Assembly: GCF_000017845.1 (NCBI RefSeq)
Contig: NC_010546.1
Location: 3,660,001-3,692,000, forward strand
Reading direction: 5' to 3'
Length of the DNA stretch: 32,000 bases
Origin: Crocosphaera subtropica ATCC 51142
Lineage (GTDB): Bacteria > Cyanobacteriota > Cyanobacteriia > Cyanobacteriales > Microcystaceae
Position numbers and translations under genes: made by a program. Positions 26,423-32,000 of this stretch are shown here, in pieces; within the stretch, counting starts at the first letter, position 1, and each line of letters starts with the position of its first letter. Under the pieces are notes generated by a model. The model ran no database searches. It saw only the letters and a program-made list of their open reading frames with translations, and was not told the origin of the DNA.

Positions 26423-28252
26423 TTATTTTTTAATTTGATTGAAAACACGAGCAACTAATTCAGAGGGAATAATGGGTTTCCCAAGAAAATCATTAGCCCC
26501 GGCCTCAAATGATTGCTGAAGGTATTTTGTTTCTGTGTGAGCCGTTACAATAATAATTGGTAGTTTAGCGTATTGTTTATCTTGACGAACAACTCGACAA
26601 AGTTCAATACCATTAATAGTAGGCATTTCTAAATCGAGTATCAGTAAATCTGGATTAGTTTGAGTTAATATTTTCCAAAATTGATTGACCTGACTTAAGC
26701 CAGTAATTTGAAATCCCCAAGGATGTAATATATTTCTAATAGCAGTAACAATGGTGGAATCATCATCCATAATCATAATATTGGTTTGAGATGAAAATGA
26801 AGGAAATAAAAGTGTATTAATTATCTCTAATATATCTTGTGAACTAACTGGTTCTATCAAATACTTTTCAATCCCATAACGAACAGCTTTCAGACGATGG
26901 TTTAAATTATCTTGTTCAGCAATCATTAATATTGGAACACTGGGAAATTTTTCTTGAATTTCTCTGAGATTTTTTGATTCTTTTTTGCCTAACTTTTTTA
27001 TTTTAAATAAAATTATTTCAGGAATATTTTGCTGTGAAAAATTAAGTAATTTTTCTGTATTAGAACAACTGGTTAATTGTGATTTATACTGCCAAGCTTC
27101 TTGTTGTAAGTCAATTAATAAAGATTGCTCTAGTCCAATGCCTAAAACTAAAGAATAAATGGGTTTCGGTTCACTATTAGAAATCGATGCTTCTTGAGAC
27201 GTATTAATCTCTTGCTTTAATTGGGTAATCAATTTCAATAATTGATTGATTTCTGTTGTATTTATTGTTTTTGCTTTGGCAACTTTTTTTAATACGGTTT
27301 CGATGGTTTGGGCTAATTTTGAGCCTTGCGTGTAACCATAAGTTCCCAAACTTCCTGCTAATTTATGGGTTTCTGCTTGGGCTTGTTCTATGTTGTTGTC
27401 ACTAACTCCTTCAGCTTGAAGTAATAAGATTATTGCTTCTAAAGTGCTGATACGTTGTTGTACAGCAAATAAAAATTTATCAGTTAATTGATTAATCAGA
27501 GCGATACCTTCTTCGTATTCTTTATTTTTTTTGTCATTTTGCTCTGACGTTGCTTCTTCTTCCAAGACATCAGTAGGAACAGGATTTAAACGATAACCCA
27601 ATCCATATATGGTTTCAAATATATCTTCTTCCATTCCTGCTGCTTTAAGTTTATTTCGTAAGTCTTTAACCAGATTTGTTACTGCACTTTCACTTGGCAC
27701 ATCTCCAACTTCCCAGAGATGATCAATAATCAAACTTCGACTGAAAATTCGTTGTGGATGACGCAAAAATAATTCTAATAAGTGATACTCTTGATTACGC
27801 AAATTAACTTCTTGTTTTTGATAAGTAACTTGCGCAGAAACCAAATTGAGAGATAATAGTCCCCAAGTCAATACAGAAGACGAAGAAATGTTATATCCCC
27901 GACGGGTTAAGGCACGAATTCGGGCTATCAATTGAGGTGGATCACAAGGTTTTAAGACGTAATCATCTGCCCCGGCATCCAATCCTATACTAATCTTATC
28001 TGTCTCTTGGCAAGCAGTTAAGATAAGAATGGGAGTTTGTTTCTTTTTCATGCGAAGTTGACGACACAAACTAATCCCATCAATTTTAGGAAGTTGTAGG
28101 TCTAAGATAATCACATCATAGTCCCATAAATTCGCATATTCTAACCCCTCTTGACCATTAAAGACGACATCAACGATAAAATGATGAGACTCTAGCACGG
28201 CTGCTAGATATTCGCTGGTTAGCTGATCGTCTTCTATCAGCAAAATTTTCAT
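26423..28252 (-). CDS. RcaC-architecture regulator: REC, OmpR-type winged helix, HPt, degenerate REC, REC
   Basis: REC1 has acceptor D51 (DVIILDLQLP) and K101. The wHTH is EYHLLELFL...YGLGYRL. The HPt motif is AETH296KLAGSLGTYG. Residues 366-482 are receiver-like without an acceptor Asp (EIILFKIKK). The C-terminal REC has D540 (DLLILDLEMP) and GKP. Confidence 0.8.
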   Translation of the reverse strand: MKILLIEDDQLTSEYLAAVLESHHFIVDVVFNGQEGLEYANLWDYDVIILDLQLPKIDGISLCRQLRMKKKQTPILILTACQETDKISIGLDAGADDYVLKPCDPPQLIARIRALTRRGYNISSSSVLTWGLLSLNLVSAQVTYQKQEVNLRNQEYHLLELFLRHPQRIFSRSLIIDHLWEVGDVPSESAVTNLVKDLRNKLKAAGMEEDIFETIYGLGYRLNPVPTDVLEEEATSEQNDKKNKEYEEGIALINQLTDKFLFAVQQRISTLEAIILLLQAEGVSDNNIEQAQAETHKLAGSLGTYGYTQGSKLAQTIETVLKKVAKAKTINTTEINQLLKLITQLKQEINTSQEASISNSEPKPIYSLVLGIGLEQSLLIDLQQEAWQYKSQLTSCSNTEKLLNFSQQNIPEIILFKIKKLGKKESKNLREIQEKFPSVPILMIAEQDNLNHRLKAVRYGIEKYLIEPVSSQDILEIINTLLFPSFSSQTNIMIMDDDSTIVTAIRNILHPWGFQITGLSQVNQFWKILTQTNPDLLILDLEMPTINGIELCRVVRQDKQYAKLPIIIVTAHTETKYLQQSFEAGANDFLGKPIIPSELVARVFNQIKK

Positions 28253-28339
28253 ATTGCTCTAATAAGGTTGAAACTGATGAATCATTCGATGCAAAGCTGA
28301 ATTTAGACCCCTAGATGATTCTGAGATTATTTTACCTTG

Positions 28340-28359
28340 ACCGAACCTTAACCGAACCT
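28340..28359. promoter_or_regulatory. perfect 9-bp direct repeat with 11-bp period upstream of the RcaC-like gene
   Basis: ACCGAACCT (28340-28348), TA, ACCGAACCT (28351-28359), lying 88-107 nt upstream of the ATG at 28252. This geometry suits a tandem-binding winged-helix regulator. Confidence 0.3.
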
Positions 28360-28370
28360 GAATTCGATAT

Positions 28371-28458
28371 ACTGATATCTTGCACCAGTACAGGAAAACT
28401 CAATAACCAAGGACAGAAAATCGATTCTTAAGGAGTTACCGTCAAAATAAACTCTGTT
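28371..28458 (+). repeat. 88-nt dispersed repeat, copy A
   Basis: ACTGATATCTTGCACCAGTACAGGAAAACTCAATAACCAAGGACAGAAAATCGATTCTTAAGGAGTTACCGTCAAAATAAACTCTGTT matches 30556-30643 at 74/88 positions, ungapped and in the same orientation (hand count). Confidence 0.8.
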
Positions 28459-28480
28459 CCCTGTCTTGAGTGTTTCTTTC

Positions 28481-28501
28481 ATTTGCCGTACGACGGCAAA
28501 T
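28481..28501. other. perfect 9-bp-stem hairpin in the long divergent intergenic region
   Basis: ATTTGCCGT-ACG-ACGGCAAAT lies 23 nt after repeat copy A. Confidence 0.5.
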
Positions 28502-28737
28502 TAAACACTCGCTGTTCCCTCCCTAAAGGAGCTTCGTTACTTGACTTGTTATTGTATCCGTATCCTCAAGGTTTGACCGTACGATACTGTACTTGCAATC
28601 GACTGAAATCTGAAATCGAACCTCAGACGAGCAGACGTTTTATACTTTTCTTATTTTTTCTTTTTATATTGTAATCAAAGTTAACGTTAAGGCAAGATTA
28701 AAGCCTTATCCCCTGACCATCTACGGAGGAAGTGTCT

Positions 28738-28944
28738 GTGCAATCTGTTTCTAATCATTATTCTATTAACTATTTATCAAATGTTATTGTTAGTCAACGA
28801 CAAGAGAGAAGCACAAATATTTTAGAGTTGCTCGACAATCTTCAACAGATTAAATGCCAACTCAAGCAATCAGAAGCTCAAGATATTGTTGAGTTGATAG
28901 AAAAGGCTATTGAACAATGCCAAGAACTTAAACTACTTAACTAA
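28738..28944 (+). CDS. hypothetical small helical (coiled-coil-like) protein
   Basis: The GTG at 28738 is 7 nt downstream of GGAGGA (28725-28730); the ORF-track GTG at 28732 is too close to this SD. The sequence is Gln/Glu/Leu-rich and I recognise no family. Confidence 0.35.
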   Translation: MQSVSNHYSINYLSNVIVSQRQERSTNILELLDNLQQIKCQLKQSEAQDIVELIEKAIEQCQELKLLN

Positions 28945-29031
28945 TCATTAGGGAAACTCTTCAAGGGTTTTTCTAATTATTGAATGCAATATCATTAAAA
29001 ATAACCTGTCAACTGTAAGCGAGAAAATTCC

Positions 29032-29850
29032 ATGTCTGTAAACGCTTTTGATTTTACTAACCTGAAAAAAAGTAATTTATGCAACGCTAACTTACCTGGC
29101 GCTGACTTAAGAGATTTGAACTTAGAAGGAGCTAATTTACAAGGAGCTAATCTACAAGGTGCTTACTTAACGAATGCTTCCCTTAGAAACGCTATTTTAA
29201 ACGAAGCCAATTTAGAGAAATCTCACTTAAATAAAGTGAATTTTGAGCAAGCTAGATTGAGAGCAGTGAACCTACAAAATAGTTATCTTAATCAAGCTAA
29301 TTTAAGAAAAGCTATTCTAGATAATTCAAATTTTAGAGGAGCCTATTTAACCGGTGCTTATTTAGGTGGAGCAAGTCTCAAAAAAGTTGATCTTCGTGAT
29401 GCTTGTTTAGTCGGAATTGACTTAACAAATACCAATTTAGAAGGATCTGTTTATAACGAATGTACTAAATTTCCCTCAGATTTTAATCCAGTTCACTCCG
29501 CAATGATCAAAGCCAAAGATATTACAGTTAAGGAGTTATTACCTTATTTAACCCATTTATATCAACTCGGTTGTCAGTATTTAGGATCAACCCTAGCTAC
29601 TAAGTATTGGGAAACATCTTGTCCAAATTCCCAATGGTTCAATCAATTTGCTCTAGAAAGCAACAACAAGATCATTTTTTTAGGAGACTTAAATAAACCC
29701 ATTACTTTATCACAACAGCAGTATTCTCAAGAGTGGGCCCATAATTTTATCAAAGCTTGTTCAGGAATTGTTAGAGATTTTCCGACTCTTGTTGATCCGA
29801 TGTTAATCCTAGGTAAGAAAACCGAAATAAGCTCTACTGTTGCCAAATAG
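29032..29850 (+). CDS. pentapeptide-repeat protein with a non-repeat C-terminal domain of about 120 aa
   Basis: Residues about 14-140 are continuous A(D/N)LxX pentads (ANLPGADLRDLNLEGANLQGANLQGAYLTNASLRNAIL...). The C-terminal domain (residues 150-272) is unrecognised. Confidence 0.85.
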   Translation: MSVNAFDFTNLKKSNLCNANLPGADLRDLNLEGANLQGANLQGAYLTNASLRNAILNEANLEKSHLNKVNFEQARLRAVNLQNSYLNQANLRKAILDNSNFRGAYLTGAYLGGASLKKVDLRDACLVGIDLTNTNLEGSVYNECTKFPSDFNPVHSAMIKAKDITVKELLPYLTHLYQLGCQYLGSTLATKYWETSCPNSQWFNQFALESNNKIIFLGDLNKPITLSQQQYSQEWAHNFIKACSGIVRDFPTLVDPMLILGKKTEISSTVAK

Positions 29851-29960
29851 TAACTTCAAGATATTAATAAAGCTTACTGATTAATAGAACTTTGTCACTA
29901 TTTTTTTGCTCAAATTTGATTAAGATAAATCACTAAATATTAACAACAAGAAAAATACCA

Positions 29961-30545
29961 ATGTTTCAAATTAAACGTAATCAACTTCAACACCGCTATG
30001 AAATGGGTGATAGGGATTTTAGTTATCTAGATTTAAGTGGACTTAACTTGGAAAATATGAATCTCAAAGGAGCCAATTTACAGGGTTCCAATTTAAAAGG
30101 AACTAATCTTGAGAATGCCAATTTAAAAGGAACCAATCTTATTAATTGTAATTGTTATCGAGTTAATCTTTATAAGGCTAATTTAAGTGATATTGACTTA
30201 AGTTATGCCAACTTAAAAGAAGGTAATTGTCATCGAACACGAATAGAAAATGCTTGTCTAGATTATGTTTGTTTAGAGCGTACGGATTTCAGTGAAGCTT
30301 ATGTCAAAACAGTGTCGGTACGGTGTGCTAGATTTTACAAAACTGATTTAACGGATGCTACTTTAATTGATGTTAATTTAACACAAGCTTATGTCTCTGA
30401 AATTTATTATAGTAAACTCACACGATTAACCAATTGCTTTAAAACCGAGAAATCTGATTTGTTTGAGTTTTTAAACAAGTATAGTATGCAGCATGACAAT
30501 GGTATGGATACTACTTTAGATGAGCTACAATTAAACTTTTTCTAA
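29961..30545 (+). CDS. pentapeptide-repeat protein
   Basis: LDLSGLNLENMNLKGANLQGSNLKGTNLENANLKGTNLINCNCYRVNLYKANLSDIDLSYANL... are canonical pentads. Confidence 0.85.
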   Translation: MFQIKRNQLQHRYEMGDRDFSYLDLSGLNLENMNLKGANLQGSNLKGTNLENANLKGTNLINCNCYRVNLYKANLSDIDLSYANLKEGNCHRTRIENACLDYVCLERTDFSEAYVKTVSVRCARFYKTDLTDATLIDVNLTQAYVSEIYYSKLTRLTNCFKTEKSDLFEFLNKYSMQHDNGMDTTLDELQLNFF

Positions 30546-30555
30546 GTTGCTTATT

Positions 30556-30643
30556 ACTGACATCTTGCACGAGTACATAAAAACTCAATAATAAACTATA
30601 GATAATCTATTCTCAAGTAGTTACCGTGAAAATAAACTCTGTT
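30556..30643 (+). repeat. 88-nt dispersed repeat, copy B (contains a sigma70-like promoter)
   Basis: This is the partner of 28371-28458. TTGCAC (30565-30570), a 17-nt spacer and ATAATA (30588-30593) resemble a -35/-10 pair. Confidence 0.8.
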
Positions 30644-30805
30644 ATCTAACATTAAAAGATTGAGTGTCCCAACTGAAATAGACTTGCTATATAAGGAAAT
30701 TTATAGATAACTTATCAAAAACCCTAATGCCCTCGTAAAAAAAATCTTAACTCCGTTGCGTAGCACGATGTAGTGGTACTCTGAACCCCGAACTCAGGTT
30801 AATTA

Positions 30806-30833
30806 AGTCTCTAGTAACTTTTGAGAATTGGTA
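30806..30833 (+). repeat. 28-nt dispersed repeat, copy 2
   Basis: AGTCTCTAGTAACTTTTGAGAATTGGTA matches 11859-11886 at 26/28 positions. Confidence 0.7.
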
Positions 30834-30928
30834 TCAGGTGAGATTAGGCTTTTGTACAAAAAATTGTTAAAATACTGGAAAGACTGTAACAGTCAGATTT
30901 CTCAGAACTTTTCTAGTGACTAAGATCC

Positions 30929-31255
30929 ATGAGTAAGAGACTATCCACAGGCATTCAAGGGATGGCCACTTCAACTTCAACTGCGCCTAAAGGATCAACA
31001 GTTATTGATCGCAAACCCTATCCTAACTATAAGGTAATTGTCCTCAATGACGATTTTAACACCTTTAATCATGTGGCCAATTGTTTGATGAAATATATTC
31101 CTGGGATGAGTAGTGATCGGGCTTGGGAACTCACCGAACAAGTGCATTTTGAAGGGTTAGCCATTGTCTGGACCGGACCCCAAGAGCAAGCAGAATTGTA
31201 CCATCAACAACTACGTCGTGAAGGGTTGACCATGGCCCCACTGGAGGAAGCATAA
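30929..31255 (+). CDS. clpS: ATP-dependent Clp protease adaptor ClpS
   Basis: YKVIVLNDDFNTFNHVANCLMKYIPGMSSDRAWELTEQVHFEGLAIVWTGPQEQAELY is the ClpS core. An alternative start is the ATG at 30962. Confidence 0.9.
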   Translation: MSKRLSTGIQGMATSTSTAPKGSTVIDRKPYPNYKVIVLNDDFNTFNHVANCLMKYIPGMSSDRAWELTEQVHFEGLAIVWTGPQEQAELYHQQLRREGLTMAPLEEA

Positions 31256-31258
31256 ATT

Positions 31259-31549
31259 ATGACCCAAGGGGACAAAGGAAGGTTAGTCTGGAATCATTCC
31301 ACTCATCTTGATGGGTTAATTCCTGTGCTAGAAAAGCTGATTAATTATACAGGGATTAATACTATTACTCCAGGGGTAATAGGTCGTGCTAAAGGTCATT
31401 GTCCCCATTTAAAACTAAGGGTTTCTGTTCCCATTCGGGGTGGTTATAAGGCGATCGCTCGACAAGGGAAAACGGTGCAAGAAGTTTTTATTGTAACCGA
31501 TTTAAGTCAAAAAGAATTAGAATCTGCCATCAAACAAGTTTTAAGTTAA
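31259..31549 (+). CDS. DUF2103-like small conserved protein
   Basis: WNHSTHLDGLIPVLEKL...ITPGVIGRAKG...LKLRVSVPIRGGYKAIARQGKTVQEVFIVT matches my recollection of DUF2103. It begins 3 nt after the clpS stop. Confidence 0.5.
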   Translation: MTQGDKGRLVWNHSTHLDGLIPVLEKLINYTGINTITPGVIGRAKGHCPHLKLRVSVPIRGGYKAIARQGKTVQEVFIVTDLSQKELESAIKQVLS

Positions 31550-31581
31550 ATGTAATAAAATACAAATTTCGGGCAGGTAGC

Positions 31582-31607
31582 AACCAAGAATTGTAATACA
31601 ATTGGTT
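31582..31607 (+). terminator. weak candidate terminator hairpin after the clpS operon
   Basis: AACC-AAG-AATTG-TAATA-CAATT-GGTT forms an interrupted AT-rich stem, followed by AGTTTCTTGTTGT. Confidence 0.25.
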
Positions 31608-31632
31608 AGTTTCTTGTTGTGCTATCAGCTTT

Positions 31633-32000
31633 ATGAATCTAAAAAAATATATCTATTTTTTGTGTATTTTATTATTATTGGCATTTTTATTGTTTTTTCA
31701 TCCTTTCCCTGTTTTAGCTGATGTCGAAAGGGTGAGTTTAACGCCTGAATTGCTTCAAAAAAAAATAAAGTCACCTCAACTTCAAGAGGGTATTTTAACC
31801 CTTGATTTAACCTATTTAGAGATTGATTTAACAGCAGATAATAACGAATTTAAAGAAGAATTTTATCATCAATTACAAAATTACCTAAACCATTCTGATA
31901 AAGCCATTGGTTTAGATTTTACTCATTCTTTAATTAAAGGTGATTTAATGAGTAGTCGTTTAGGGATTTCAACGGTACTTTCTCCAGAAGCTTTACCGCA
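31633..32000 (+). CDS. secreted protein, N-terminal fragment (runs off the window end), possibly another pentapeptide-repeat-family protein
   Basis: My translation gives MNLKKYIYFLCILLLLAFLLFFHPFPVLADVERVSLTPELLQKKIKSPQLQEGILTLDLTYLEIDLTADNNEFKEEFYHQLQNYLNHSDKAIGLDFTHSLIKGDLMSS.... It has a signal peptide and is open to 32000. The family call is tentative. Confidence 0.5.
   Translation, partial: MNLKKYIYFLCILLLLAFLLFFHPFPVLADVERVSLTPELLQKKIKSPQLQEGILTLDLTYLEIDLTADNNEFKEEFYHQLQNYLNHSDKAIGLDFTHSLIKGDLMSSRLGISTVLSPEALP

Noticed and set aside
28545-28625. Short tandem motifs GTATCC x2 (28553-28564) and CTGAAAT x2 (about 28603-28616)
   Set aside because: Each has only two copies of a 6-7-mer, which is within chance expectation for a 479-nt spacer. 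I mention them only as context for the intergenic region.
28483-28674. 63-aa TTG-initiated ORF in the long intergenic region
   Set aside because: It has a non-canonical start with no SD and a Phe/Leu-rich tail derived from a T-run. It also overlaps the hairpin and repeat-rich spacer. The region is more likely non-coding leader or promoter DNA.
30770-30840. Possible TPP or other riboswitch, or a structured RNA, in the clpS 5' region (CTGAACCCCGAACTCAGG)
   Set aside because: Only a 4-bp stem is formed. The conserved TPP elements (CTGAGA, ACCTGATCTGGATAATGCCAGCG) are absent. I found no match by eye to glutamine, cobalamin, SRP, 6S, RNase P or tmRNA signatures.
1-32000. CRISPR arrays, tRNA and rRNA genes
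   Set aside because: There are no regularly spaced direct repeats of 25-40 nt. I saw no GGTTCGAATCC-type T-arm or cloverleaf candidates in the intergenic regions, and no rRNA-like conserved blocks.

Overview
AT-rich chromosomal segment from a cyanobacterium. The HIP1 octamer GCGATCGC occurs at least 15 times (for example 1254, 3809, 9686, 12068, 14456, 19323, 20558, 21876). Protein sequences resemble those of unicellular Cyanothece/Crocosphaera/Synechocystis-type genomes. Housekeeping genes (metF, trpS, miaE, clpS, an isoaspartyl peptidase, a gamma-tocopherol methyltransferase) are interleaved with accessory modules. (1) A four-gene type IV minor-pilin operon on the minus strand (4073-8803) ends in an 808-aa PilX_N-domain giant protein, with a perfect CRP-type palindrome upstream. 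(2) A minus-strand signalling block (20711-28252) comprises a REC-wHTH-HPt-pseudoREC-REC regulator (RcaC architecture), a 1680-aa Cache/HAMP/multi-PAS histidine kinase and a single-domain receiver. (3) An AtzG/AtzE-like small-subunit plus amidase pair sits next to a GDSL hydrolase with a PEP-CTERM-like tail. (4) An IS630-family element with a damaged transposase is inserted in a TylF-type methyltransferase gene; the gene can be reconstructed in frame. (5) A cassette of one small ORF and two pentapeptide-repeat genes is bracketed by two about 84% identical 88-nt direct repeats, with a third partial copy 12 kb away. I found no rRNA, tRNA or CRISPR array. All family assignments come from reading motifs by eye and recollection, not from searches.
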